The translations under genes and the position numbers were made by a program. The notes beneath the pieces were generated by a model. The model ran no database searches, was not told the origin of the DNA, and saw only the letters and a program-made list of their open reading frames with translations. A DNA stretch of 64,000 bases from assembly GCA_016185705.1 (NCBI GenBank), contig JACPMZ010000005.1, forward strand, positions 128 through 64,127, written 5' to 3'. Each line of letters opens with the position of its first letter. Within the stretch, counting starts at the first letter, position 1. Source of the DNA: Candidatus Woesearchaeota archaeon (GTDB lineage: Archaea; Nanobdellota; Nanobdellia; Woesearchaeales; UBA10216). This document shows, one piece after another, positions 17,591-28,300 of this stretch.

Positions 17591-20191
17591 CTATGCAGCT
17601 GCCTCCCCAATCTTTTCCATTATGCGCGAGTGCATTCGCTTGAGGAACTCCGCCTTATCCTCTATTTTCAGAACATCTGTGTGCGACTCCAGAACAATTT
17701 TGAACGCAAACGGAGAAGGCATGTCTGTCCGGATGCTTTTGATTTTGATTTTTTTTTCCTCAATTGCTTTCAGCAGGTTTTTGGTTGTTGGCATGTCCAT
17801 CAAGTCCTCCAGAACTTCGCGCCTTGCCTCTTTCAGAATGCAGAAATCAGGGGAAATGCGCCTGACAGCGTTAATCAGGATCATTGATGAAACCTGCTGC
17901 CTTCCAACCCTTTTTTGCCTGCCGAGGTAATTTCTCAGAATCATCAGCGAGCGGGCAGCGCAGTGCCTGAACCTTCGCTTCAAAATCTCGCTCTTGTCAA
18001 TAGCGTTGCTTAGAACAATTTCAAGCTTGTCTGATTTCAGCAGTTTCAGGGCAGCAGGAACATTGACATTCTTCTCGTAAGCAATGTAAAATCCGTTGTC
18101 TGTAATGCCTATTTCCACATCCCTGTGCTGGCTTCTGGCAATTGCAAAAGCAACTGCCCTGCTCAGTGCATCATTAACCCGCCTGCCGTAAAGGGAATGA
18201 ACGACAACGTACTTTCTTCCGGCATCAGAGTAGCTCTCAACAACTATTTTATTGTCAGCCGGGATCTCTGCAAAAAGATACTGCTGGCGCATGTAATTGT
18301 AAATGGAATTGGCAGTATTTTTGTCAACGTACAGGTATTCATCAATGAAATCAAGAATTTCAGCCTTGGAGCGGTTGCGGTTGAACTTCTCCTCCATTAG
18401 CCTGCGGAACTTGCCTATCTCCAGGGCCAGGTCAAAGCTGAGCGGAAGCATCTCGGAAAACCACGAAGGAATAGTGGGCGGCCTGTAAACAGTCGCGTTA
18501 ACGTAAGCAACCATTCCCTTGGCATACAGGAACTCGTATTTGTCGCCGCCAAGCATGAAAACATCATTCCTTTTCAGGCGCTCAAGGAACGCCTCGTCAA
18601 TCTTTCCCACTGCGTGGTCTGAGCCGGCTATCTTTACCGTAACAAAGGTCTCGTCAGGGATAGTGCCTATGTTGGTCATGTAAATAACCCGGCTCATCCT
18701 TCCCCGGCGGCCAATCATGCCGGTTTCCTCATCCACCCATATCTTTGCGTAAATATGCCGGTCTTCCAGGGAGATGTGCTTTCCGGAAAGGTAATCCAGT
18801 ACTTCGTTGTAATCCTTCAAGGAAAGCCCGGCATAGCAGTAGCTGCGCTTGAGCAGGCTGTACAAATCGTTCTTGTGAATTTTTGAAGCAATTGCAATGC
18901 CGAAAATCTGCTGGGCAAGAACATCCAGGGCATTTGTGGGAATGTGTATGCGGTCAATCTTTTTTTCAACAGCAGATTTAAGCAAAACAGAGCATTCAAC
19001 CATGTCATCCCTGTCCAGCACGATAATCCTGCCCTTTGATGCAGCATGCAGCTTGTGGCCAGACCTGCCGATGCGCTGCAGCGCCCTTGCAACCGATTTA
19101 GGGCTGCCCAGAAGAATAACAAGGTCAATGTAGCCAATGTCGATTCCCAGCTCAAGACTTGTTGAGCTTACAACAACCTTAAGCTTGCCCTCCCTTAAGC
19201 GCTGCTCAATTGAGTGGCGATGAGTTTTGGAAAGCGAGCCGTGATGGGCGCCAATAGTTGGATCCTCTGCCGCGTACCTCTTGGGAAACTTTTCCTTCAG
19301 GTGATGAATGACTCGCTCAGTGGCAGAGCGGGTGTTTGTGAAAATCAGGGTGGTGCGGTGGGCTTGAATAAGTTCATCTATCAGGGTGTAAAGCGCGTCA
19401 TGCATTTTGCCATGCTCAACGTCAATCAGGTCAGGAACCGGGCTTAAAACCTTCAAATCCATTTTTTTAAGAAACTGGGCATCGCAAATCTTGCAGCTTC
19501 TTGGACTGCCGTTCTCATTCCCCGCCAGGAAGTGCGCCACTTTGTCCAGGGGGGCAATGGTGGCAGACAATCCCACCCTTGCCATCTGCGGAGATAAAGA
19601 CTGCAAACGCTCCAAGCTGATTGACAGATGAACCCCCCTTTTGTTCTCAGCCAGGGCATGCACCTCATCCACAATGCACCACTCCACTGCCTTAAGCAGC
19701 TCAACGAACCTGTAGCTGCTCAGGACTATCCCGAGCGATTCAGGAGTGGTTATCAGGATATGCGGCGGCTTTTTCAGCATCTTTGCTTTCTCAGCAGCAG
19801 AAGTGTCGCCTGTCCTCACAGCTACCCGTATTCCCAGCTTTTTTTCTGATATTTTTTCCATTTCTTTGAGCGGCTCCACCAGGTTTACCCTGATATCCTC
19901 ATTGAGCGCCTTGAGAGGGGAAATATAGACAGCGTAAACCTTATCCTCAAGGCTGCCGGAGCCGGAAGAATTAACAAGCTCATTGAGAATTGAGAGAAAG
20001 CCCGTAAGCGTCTTAGTGGCGCCAGTGGGCGCGGAGACCAGCACATTGTTCCGGCTGTGTATCTCCATAACTCCCAGCAGCTGCGGCAGGCTGAACTCCT
20101 TAAACCTTGAAAAAAACCACTTCTTAACAACAGGGTTGAGTATGCTGTTCAGCTCCTCCGGCTGATTAGGCGCAGTTTTGAACTCAATCAT
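17591..20191 (-). CDS. lhr: Lhr-type DEAH-box ATP-dependent helicase
   Basis: SAPTGATKT (Walker A), DEVH, SAT, a RIGRSGH-type motif VI, and a long Lhr-core C-terminal region. Confidence 0.92.
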   Translation of the reverse strand: MIEFKTAPNQPEELNSILNPVVKKWFFSRFKEFSLPQLLGVMEIHSRNNVLVSAPTGATKTLTGFLSILNELVNSSGSGSLEDKVYAVYISPLKALNEDIRVNLVEPLKEMEKISEKKLGIRVAVRTGDTSAAEKAKMLKKPPHILITTPESLGIVLSSYRFVELLKAVEWCIVDEVHALAENKRGVHLSISLERLQSLSPQMARVGLSATIAPLDKVAHFLAGNENGSPRSCKICDAQFLKKMDLKVLSPVPDLIDVEHGKMHDALYTLIDELIQAHRTTLIFTNTRSATERVIHHLKEKFPKRYAAEDPTIGAHHGSLSKTHRHSIEQRLREGKLKVVVSSTSLELGIDIGYIDLVILLGSPKSVARALQRIGRSGHKLHAASKGRIIVLDRDDMVECSVLLKSAVEKKIDRIHIPTNALDVLAQQIFGIAIASKIHKNDLYSLLKRSYCYAGLSLKDYNEVLDYLSGKHISLEDRHIYAKIWVDEETGMIGRRGRMSRVIYMTNIGTIPDETFVTVKIAGSDHAVGKIDEAFLERLKRNDVFMLGGDKYEFLYAKGMVAYVNATVYRPPTIPSWFSEMLPLSFDLALEIGKFRRLMEEKFNRNRSKAEILDFIDEYLYVDKNTANSIYNYMRQQYLFAEIPADNKIVVESYSDAGRKYVVVHSLYGRRVNDALSRAVAFAIARSQHRDVEIGITDNGFYIAYEKNVNVPAALKLLKSDKLEIVLSNAIDKSEILKRRFRHCAARSLMILRNYLGRQKRVGRQQVSSMILINAVRRISPDFCILKEARREVLEDLMDMPTTKNLLKAIEEKKIKIKSIRTDMPSPFAFKIVLESHTDVLKIEDKAEFLKRMHSRIMEKIGEAAA

Positions 20192-20229
20192 GAGGGGGTG
20201 GAAGCAGAAGGCGTTATTTAAAAATAGTC

Positions 20230-21717
20230 CTATTTCAACGGCTTGTCTTTGTCAATGCTTTCCATAAAACGCTTAACCGATTCCTCATCCCTGGACAGTT
20301 CCGGCTTTGCGGCTTCCCTTTGGGACTCGTCATGCCGCTCATGGATGTAGCTGCGCAGGGCAGCGATTTCCTTATCATAGCCAGCAGAATTCCCTGATGC
20401 AGTCTTACCGCGATTTCTCGAAAAGAAGAAAATAATGATTAACAGCGCAGCAACTATGATTATGGGTGAAAGAATAAACTGGATTGCAGGCGTTCCGGTG
20501 CCAACCGCAGCGCCGGTTATGCCGACAAAATCAGCCGTTTTCCTGAAAGGAGAGCGCCTGTCAGGAATGTAAGCGTCAATTGCCTTCCCGGCTGTTGGAA
20601 CGCTTATGGTATAAGTGTCTTCAGGCACTTCCTTGGAAAGGTCTATTACCGCTGCCTGGCCTGGCTCCAAGCTAAGATGCCTTGACAGCTGGTAATCAGC
20701 AGCTGTGCCGCTGAGATTTATGACAAATTCATTATTGTAGGGAACATTGCCTGTGTTGGCAATTGTCAATTCGCTGCCTGCCAAGCTCACTGAAACCCTT
20801 TCAGTTGGTTCAACAACCGCTATGGACGTCTTGACAAGCCCCTCGCCTGATGCCTTCAGGGAGTATACGCCCGGAGCCAAGCCATCAGGCACATCAAAAG
20901 CAAACGAGGCAGGCGTTGTGGCTGAGCGCTCAACAATGGCGTAGCCGCTTGAGTTGATCAGCTCAACATACACCTGCCTCTGCATGGAAGCATGCGCCTG
21001 GTCAAGCATAGAAACATTCACTGCCAATGACTCTCCGGGCCTGACTGCGCCTGCCGAGCTGATTTCCAGAAAAGAAGCCACTGGCTCTACAACAAGCTGC
21101 TCAGTCAGCGAGCCGTGGTTTCCAAAGGAATCATTAACCTCAAAAGCAAGTTCGTGGCTGCCTGTAGCGATGTCGTGAGGCAAAATAATTGTGTAGGCAA
21201 ACGTGTTGTTTATGACAGGAGCTGAATAAGTGTCTCCAAGAAAAGTCAAACTGACTGTGGAGCGGGAATTGTGGGATTTGTGCGTAGTTCCCGAAACCAG
21301 AACCTGCGAGCCGGGCATGTAAGACTCATCCAAACCCGCAGCCACAGGAATATTGCGCGTAATGTTGAATTTAGGCGTTGAGCCATGAATTCTAAGGGAA
21401 TTGTCAAAAGAATACACTTCTGCATCAACAAAGCAGCTCCCTGCCATTTCCAGGGAGGCGCTTAGCCCGGGCACGGCAACATTCACTGACTGGCCTGCCA
21501 TCAGGCTTGTCGGCAAGGCATAAAATTTCAGCTCCTTACTGCTGCACCTCAGAGTAAGCTCTGTCAGCCCTGCAATGTCAGCATCAGTGCTTATCCCGTA
21601 AGAAACAAAAATCAAATCGCCAAGATTGTACACGGGCTTGTCCACCGACAGCGTAACAGCCGCAGAAGCAGGCAGGGCGAATGCCAAAAAAAGCAGCAGC
21701 GCAGCAACAAATTTCAT
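20230..21717 (-). CDS. type-I membrane-anchored surface protein (Ig-like repeats)
   Basis: Signal peptide MKFVAALLLFLAFALPASA and a C-terminal TM helix plus charged tail. The track start at 21723 is a TTG. The ATG at 21717 is about 28 nt from the TATA at 21741-21752. Confidence 0.65.
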   Translation of the reverse strand: MKFVAALLLFLAFALPASAAVTLSVDKPVYNLGDLIFVSYGISTDADIAGLTELTLRCSSKELKFYALPTSLMAGQSVNVAVPGLSASLEMAGSCFVDAEVYSFDNSLRIHGSTPKFNITRNIPVAAGLDESYMPGSQVLVSGTTHKSHNSRSTVSLTFLGDTYSAPVINNTFAYTIILPHDIATGSHELAFEVNDSFGNHGSLTEQLVVEPVASFLEISSAGAVRPGESLAVNVSMLDQAHASMQRQVYVELINSSGYAIVERSATTPASFAFDVPDGLAPGVYSLKASGEGLVKTSIAVVEPTERVSVSLAGSELTIANTGNVPYNNEFVINLSGTAADYQLSRHLSLEPGQAAVIDLSKEVPEDTYTISVPTAGKAIDAYIPDRRSPFRKTADFVGITGAAVGTGTPAIQFILSPIIIVAALLIIIFFFSRNRGKTASGNSAGYDKEIAALRSYIHERHDESQREAAKPELSRDEESVKRFMESIDKDKPLK

Positions 21718-21827
21718 GCACAAACATGAGATATCAGTGCTTAAATAATTTGCTAAATTACCGTTCCCTGCATCCCGGTGCCCGGATGCGACGGTTTTGC
21801 CACTTAACTTGAAATTACCCAGTCATA

Positions 21828-22729
21828 AGTGCTGTAGAAAATCTTAAGTAGCTGTCTTCCCAAAAGGGCTGTTGCCCTGATTGGGAAGAGCAGGGCGGAG
21901 TAGTGGCTCCGCCATGAAAAAGAAAGAAAGATTGTATAGAAAAATAATGCGGTTATGGAAACAGGCAGGCTTGCCTGCTTACCTACACAGGTTTGGTCCG
22001 AAAAAGTACAAAAGCGTTTTTCTGGCTTTCTGCTGGTTTGTGAACCAGCAGTGGGCGCATAGTTTGCGCCGTACTCAAGAACTCTTATTTGAGTTGGGTT
22101 TTCCAGTTCCGCATTGGACTACGATTCAGAAAGCTTCTGCCCGTATGAGCAGAATTCTTAGCTTGTTTCACAAGCTGACTGTCAGCTCTGAGAAGAGCTA
22201 CATTTGTGCTGTTGACAGCACAGGATTCTCACTCACTAACCCAAGCAGGTATTACACTAACATCTTTCAGGTGAAGGTTAGCTGTCCTGCTAAGCTTAGC
22301 GTTCTGGTTGATACCAGAACGAGCAAGGCTTTAGCCTTGTGCTTTCGTGCGCGACCAGCGCACGATGCGCGAGACGTGCCTTATCTGCTGAAGAATGCAG
22401 CAGTTTTGCCTGAGAAAATCGTAGGCGATTCGGCCTATGACGCTGAAGACAACGTCTTCAAGCCATGCTTCAACAAGCATATCGCTGCAATCGTTCAAGC
22501 CGAGAAAAGGCTGGGAACGTGGTTTTTATCGTCATAAAATGCGTAAGCATTATGACTTACGAACCTACCACCGAAGACCGGTGGTAGAAGGTTTCTTTTC
22601 AAGGCTTAAGCAACGTTTTGGAGGCAGCTTACGCTGCCATTCTGCACGCACACAGCGCGCAGAAATTTACGCGAGAGTTATACTACAGAACTTAAGTTCT
22701 GTAATTCACAGACTTTTTCTACAGCACTC
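21828..22729 (+). mobile_element. IS element (DDE transposase, IS4/IS5-like), 902 bp, with 8-bp target-site duplication
   Basis: Terminal inverted repeats AGTGCTGTAGAAAA (21828-) and TTTTTCTACAGCACT (-22728). They are flanked by the direct repeat CAGTCATA at 21820-21827 and 22730-22737. Confidence 0.8.
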
Positions 22730-22784
22730 CAGTCATAGAAACCTATATAAACACGTTTCGGGATTAAGGAGACATGGTTCTTGA
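21914..22784 (+). pseudogene. DDE transposase split by a +1 frameshift
   Basis: AVDSTGFS and GDSAYDAE in the first frame. PRKGWERGFYRHK...YHRRPVVEGFFSRLKQRFG in the +1 frame. The frames switch near 22490-22500, and I see no slippery heptamer there. Confidence 0.7.
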
Positions 22785-23628
22785 GCTGCTTATCAACCCC
22801 GCCAAGGTTGAGCGAAAGCCGTGGGAAGTATTCTTCATAGGGCTTGTTTACAGCTCCATAGCAATAGTATTCAGCATGTACGTGTTCAAAGACTACATCG
22901 GAATAGTCATGGTGTTCCTGACAACGCTGGCGTGCATATACTTTGTGCACAAAATGCTGCGGGCAGAAGAGCGCCAGGACCAGCCGGTCAGAAGCGAGCT
23001 GCACATACTGAAGGAGCACGGCAAAGCATTGAGCGTGCTCATGTTCCTGTTTCTCGGATTTGTAGTAGCGTTCTCGCTATGGCACATACTGCTTCCGGCA
23101 GACACGTCGCAGCAGGTTTTCGGGATACAGGAGCGCACCATACAGTGCATCAACCACGCAGGGGTGGAAGGGTGCGCGTCAGGAACACAGGCTGCATTCG
23201 GAAGAATCTTTGCCAACAACGTAAAAGTCCTGCTTTTCACCCTGACATTCGCATTTTTCTACGGCGCAGGATCAATATTCATACTGGCATGGAACGCCGC
23301 AGTTGTAGGAACGGCCGTAGGCCTTTTCGTAAGGAACAGCATAAGCGCAATAGCAGGCACGCTTGGACTTCCTTCAATCGCGCAATATTTCGGCGTGTAC
23401 TCGGCAGGAATCATGCGCTACATGACGCACGGCTCCTTTGAAATACTCGCATACTTCATGGCAGCACTGGCAGGAGGCATAATATCAATAGCGGTTGCCA
23501 GCCACGACTTCAGAAGCGCCCAGTTCAGAAAAGTGCTGTATGACTCTGTGGACCTGATAGCGCTTTCTGTAGGCGTATTATTCTTGGCAGCAATCATAGA
23601 AGTTTACATAACGCCGCTACTTTTCTAG
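22774..23628 (+). CDS. SpoIIM/DUF95-family integral membrane protein
   Basis: Multi-TM protein with ...FANNVKVLLFTLTFAFFYGAGSIFILAWNAAVVG... TATA CCTATATAAAC at 22743-22753 and AAGGAG just before the ATG. Confidence 0.7.
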   Translation: MVLELLINPAKVERKPWEVFFIGLVYSSIAIVFSMYVFKDYIGIVMVFLTTLACIYFVHKMLRAEERQDQPVRSELHILKEHGKALSVLMFLFLGFVVAFSLWHILLPADTSQQVFGIQERTIQCINHAGVEGCASGTQAAFGRIFANNVKVLLFTLTFAFFYGAGSIFILAWNAAVVGTAVGLFVRNSISAIAGTLGLPSIAQYFGVYSAGIMRYMTHGSFEILAYFMAALAGGIISIAVASHDFRSAQFRKVLYDSVDLIALSVGVLFLAAIIEVYITPLLF

Positions 23629-23745
23629 CATGCATGCGGCAAAATGCAGGATGATGACTTAAAAGCTGCTTGCATAAGTTAATGGAATTATTGCACTGTA
23701 AAAAAATGCGCTGCAATATGAAACCAGCTTTTCAGCCCCAAAAAG

Positions 23746-23856
23746 CCCGGAAACCCTGCGGAAGGCCCGGAAATCTTCCGGGAAGCTTAAAAGCCGTCCG
23801 GAAACTTTCCGGAAAAGCTGCAGGAACTTCCGGATTCTCCGGAAAGTTTCCGGAAA
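23746..23856. promoter_or_regulatory. array of eight helically phased (T)TCCGGAA(A) boxes
   Basis: CCGG cores at 23747, 23767, 23778, 23798, 23809, 23830, 23839 and 23850 (spacings 20, 11, 20, 11, 21, 9, 11). Most are arranged as TCCGGAAANTTTCCGGA dyads. Confidence 0.45.
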
Positions 23857-24313
23857 AAACAGGGCAAGACATATTAATTTGAAAAATAATAAAGAAAGCT
23901 ACGCCAGCGTTGGCTAATCAGGTTGGCCGCTTAGCTACGAACTAAGTGTCGTAAGACATCGGGGTTCAAAAGCTTTTCGGTTTTGCCGTTAGGTTGGAAT
24001 TGTCAGAAATCAAAGATTTCTGAACATGATCAGGGATCTTCGATTCCTGACATCCCCGCGCCGGCGCGTTTAAAAATGAAAAAAGCAGCGGGCAGGCATG
24101 GTGTAGTGAGCGCATATAAAGACAGGCTGGCGGGATAACAGTATCTCCGAAACTGCCTTAGTTCCATCCACTGCGCAGCACGCAGTGCCACAGCTGCAAT
24201 CGGAGATACTGGGATAAGCCAAAACATTATAACCCAATATAAAGCATATAAAAAAGCTTTTTAAATAGAGCGCAGTTAGCATATGTTTCGGCTCAAAGTA
24301 TGGGGGGATTGAA

Positions 24314-25306
24314 ATGAGAATAAACAACAGGGTCAATAAATTCTTTGCCGCTGCTACTGCGACGGTTGTTGCGATGGCAATTGCCGTGCTGCTTCTTGCT
24401 ACTGCTGCCTACGCGCAGGCACAGGGAGGATTGGCTGGCAGTTGCGGCAATGGTGTTTGTGAGAATTTTGGATGCCTGTCTTTAGACTGCGCAGCGCCGG
24501 AAACGTGGGAAAACTGCGCCCAGGACTGCCCGCCGAGTTGCAATGATGGGTTCAGGAACCAGGACGAAACAGGTGTTGATTGTGGCGGAAGCTGTTTTAA
24601 GAAGCATGTGCTCGAGGTGTGCGATGGAAAGGACAATGACAAAGACTGCCTGGTAGATGAGGACTGCAAAACCAATACGGGGAAGGTTGTTTCGGGGGGA
24701 GCTGTGCTGCCTCCCAGGAATGTTCCCGCAAAATCTGAAAAGTCCATCGTTGTAACTTCTGTTCCTTATCAGATTACAATTGGCCCTTCAGGGGAGATTA
24801 CAGTGACAGGCAATTCTTCACCAGTCAATCTTTCTGAAATCTGGCGCTTGGTTAATTCTTCCGGCACGCGTTCTGTACAGGACGCGAGTACAACTAAAGA
24901 ACAGGTTGGTTCAACTGAAACAGTAACTTCAGATGCACCTTTTTCCAGTTCAGCAACTGCCGAGCCTAGTGAGCCTCTGCCTACGCCAACTGTAATGAAT
25001 GTGGTTGCAGTTTCTGAACAAGATGAAAGCTTGATTAAGCCTGCACCTCCAGAAGAACCAAAGGAACTGATTGTTGAAGTGCAGGAAGAGGTTTACGAGT
25101 CTCCTCCTCCCTCGAATGGCCTCAGTAGGCTTCTGAGATTTTTAAACCGTGATTCGTGGGGAAAGCAGCCAGTCGAGGATGCGCCAAAGCCTGAAGATGC
25201 CAAAGAAACAGATGCCAAAGAAACAAGTGACGCTTACCAGAAGAATAAGGTAGTAAAGGAAGAAAGCCAATCACTTTTTACAAAAATGGCATCATGGTTT
25301 AGATGA
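24314..25306 (+). CDS. secreted/anchored Cys-rich protein with a low-complexity S/T/E/P/K tail
   Basis: N-terminal hydrophobic anchor, then CGNGVCE...CNDGFRNQDETGVDCGGSC...CDGKDNDKDC. GGGGGG-type SD before the ATG. ATGA overlap with the next gene. Confidence 0.65.
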   Translation: MRINNRVNKFFAAATATVVAMAIAVLLLATAAYAQAQGGLAGSCGNGVCENFGCLSLDCAAPETWENCAQDCPPSCNDGFRNQDETGVDCGGSCFKKHVLEVCDGKDNDKDCLVDEDCKTNTGKVVSGGAVLPPRNVPAKSEKSIVVTSVPYQITIGPSGEITVTGNSSPVNLSEIWRLVNSSGTRSVQDASTTKEQVGSTETVTSDAPFSSSATAEPSEPLPTPTVMNVVAVSEQDESLIKPAPPEEPKELIVEVQEEVYESPPPSNGLSRLLRFLNRDSWGKQPVEDAPKPEDAKETDAKETSDAYQKNKVVKEESQSLFTKMASWFR

Positions 25307-28300
25307 AACAACTGCTGCCTTCAGTTTTTGTAGTCTGGCTGCTTGTGTTTGCGCAGGTAAGCTATGGCCAGTCGCTTTCTGCAGCCAGCAGCATAACAGA
25401 GGTTGAGCCAGGAGTAAATTCCGGGGACGAGATATCTGTCCAGGACGATTCCTGTTCTTCCGCGGTTGAATTGGCACTCGGGAACTGGGACAGCTTTAAC
25501 AATATCAACCCTTCAGGTGATGTTGACTGGTATAAGTGGAACCTTGTTTCTGGCGGAAAATTTACTGTTGACGTTGATGTTCCCTCTAACAAGGACTATG
25601 ACGTTAAGGTATATAAGACCTGCGGGGGCAGCGTAATCTGTAGTTCAGCAAAGGGGCGCGGCTTGGACGAAAAGTGTAGTGCTGACGTTTCAAGCGGCTG
25701 GGTTTATGCCATGGTATACGGATACCAGGGAGACTCTGGTTTTTTGGAATTGTACTCAATTCGGGGCACTTTTTCACCGAATGCAGATCTGGTTCCTGCA
25801 CCCATAACAACTTCCCCTTCAAACCCAATCGAAACAGATTCCGTGACAATCCGATACGGGTCTACCAACATAGGCGCATCAGACATAATCACTGCATATA
25901 CAAGCAAGTTCTACATTGATAACAATCTCGTCCAGACCTGCACAAGTAGTAATGGAAAGCCGGCTGGAGCATCCGGGTTTTGTACATACACCTCAAAGCT
26001 TTCAGACGGCACTCGTGCGCTAAAAGTAATTGTTGACGCCGATAGACAAGTTCCTGAGTCCAACGAAGGCAACAATGAAAAGACTTCAAGTCTTAAGATT
26101 TTGCCCGACATTGACCTCAGGGTTGTTGACATATACACAGAACCTTCATCTCCTGACGACAGGAACAGCTTTAATTTAAGGGTCGTTGTAAGGAATGACG
26201 GGAAAATTTTTTTTAGCAATTTCAACACCAGGGTTTATCTTAATGGCCAATACTTCGGCGATTGTACTCACATTCTTCCAATGTTTGGCAATAGCGAAGA
26301 GACCTGCAAATGGGATAATCTCAGGTGGTCGGCAAACACTTACACGGTAAGGGCTGTCGCTGATTCAAACAGTGAAATTGAGGAAAAGAACGAAAACAAC
26401 AACGAGCGTGAGGAAACGGTAACTGTAACTCATGAGAACCAGTACGACCTAATTGTAACTGAAATCCTGACTGAACCCTCAAGCGTTAACGATCAGACAA
26501 CGTTCTCTATAAAGCACCTAATCAAGAACAACGGCCCAGACAGGATTTCCTCTCACACTGTAAGCAAGCTTTATAGGAACAATGAGCTTATTCATATTTG
26601 TAGTCACAGTGCAGGCTTTGATTCCGGCGAAACCAGGATTTGCACACTCCAGAACCAACGCTGGTCTTCGGGCACTTATGAGGTTAAGGCAGTGGCGGAT
26701 GCTGACAGTGAGATTTCAGAGACTGATGAAGGCAACAATCAGAGGAAAGAAGAATTCCGTGTTGATGAATCCTGTGTTGATAATGACGGTGACGGCTATG
26801 GCACTGGCTGCAGCAAAGGCAGTGACTGCAATGATAACGATAGAAACATCAATCCGGGCCAAGGTGAAATCTGCGGAGATGGACTTGACAATAACTGCAA
26901 TGGACAACAAAATGAAAACTGCTGCTCTCCAGAAAAACCTTACTACTGCACTAGAACAGATGGCTGCTGGCTCAACAAAGAAAGATGCGACACCGCAATT
27001 ATGTGTGGTGGCAGATGGTGGGCATGCAACGAGCCAAGCAAGTACAACATAAAATGCGTTAATGACGAGCCGGGCTGCTGCCTGCCACAGCACCCTTACT
27101 ACTGCCCCGAAAACAACTTCTGCTTCGGCGCTGACGGCTACTGTGACGGCAGGCCAGTGTACAACTGCAACGGTAAATATCAGGTCTGCAGCGAAAAGAA
27201 TTACTATGGTACGTGCTTTGGAGACGTGTTAAGGTGCTGCCCATCCGGAGAAAGCTGGTGGGAGAGCGATAAGCAGTGCCATAAGAGCTCAGAACCGCCG
27301 AAGTGCGCAGTGCCTGACGGCAGCTCTGCCAACTGCGACTGCGACACCGACTCGGAATGCAAAGCAGCTGACGCTTCCAGGCCTTACTGCGGAGAGGGAG
27401 GCAGTCTGTACGACGTCAGGACACCACAGGGCTTCCACGCCTGCCTCGCCACGAAGCCGAAGTATTGCGGCGATGGCATATGCGAAGGCAGCGAAACTTT
27501 CAGCAGCTGCAACAAGGACTGCGCGCAGAATGCGCCCAAAGGAAAGATAACTGTATCAGTAACACACTCGCAAGCAAAGCTGCCAATAAAATATGCAGGA
27601 ATATACGTTGATGGAAGCTTATCAGGGGGGACTGACCAGTTCGGCAAAGCTGTTGTTGAAGTTCCTTATGGAGTTAGGCATGTAAGGGTAAACTGTTTTT
27701 CCGGGAGCTTTTGTGGAGAACAAACAAGGGATGTGAAGAAAGAGCAGGAATTCATGAGTTTCTCCTGCGAATGCAGCGATGGAGATCTGGACAGCGATGG
27801 ATTCTCAGACCAAGATGAAATTTTAATAGGCAGCGACCCGCACGATGCCAAAAGCTATCCAGAAGGATTGACTTACAATCCTGTCAAATGCATTGCAGAT
27901 ACGATAAACATACTTGTGGTATGGCTTCGCGGTGGCGACCTCATACAAGCACATACAGCTGTTGTTCAAACTCTTAGTTCACCGGAAGTAAGCAGTGTTG
28001 CCGCGAGCGAACAGTCAGCAGTGATACTTCAAGCGCTTCAGCAAAATTATCCCGATGCCAGATTAGATGTCCAAAGCGGAATTACAATTCAAAATGCAGT
28101 AGAAAGGGCAGAATACATAGATGCAGTCCTCACACGGGATGGACTCCTGTACGTAATCAGTGATAACGAAACGCAAACAACTGCCATTGTGCAGATGCAA
28201 GCATCGTGTGTCGGGACCATAGTGGGCGCTGCTTATGGCGTAGGCCGCGGCATAGAGGATGATATCAGCATTCTAGAACTTCCTGTAATAGCAGTGAAGG

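Noticed and set aside
22821-23441. Long alternative-frame and antisense ORFs inside well-supported genes. Examples: 22821..23441, 36266..36769, 54377..54937, 54681..55355, 56775..57482, 57722..58492, 47114..47578, 60189..60677 and the many 60-150-aa ORFs inside polB, lhr and the giant genes.
   Set aside because: Each overlaps a gene with clear family motifs in another frame. Their products are low-complexity or Arg/Ser/Leu-rich, as expected for shadow ORFs in GC-moderate DNA.
23670-23882. 70-aa ORF over the CCGGAA array.
   Set aside because: The reading frame is generated by the repeated TTCCGGAA boxes (PGNLPG/SGKFPE repeats). There is no promoter spacing and no start context.
23898-23975. 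tRNA-like fragment: a CTTAG-CTACGAA-CTAAG anticodon-arm-like hairpin, a TGTC-GTAA-GACA extra arm and GGGGTTCAAAA.
   Set aside because: No acceptor stem can be formed on either strand, the D-arm does not pair, and the T-stem has no 3' partner. At best it is a decayed tRNA remnant.
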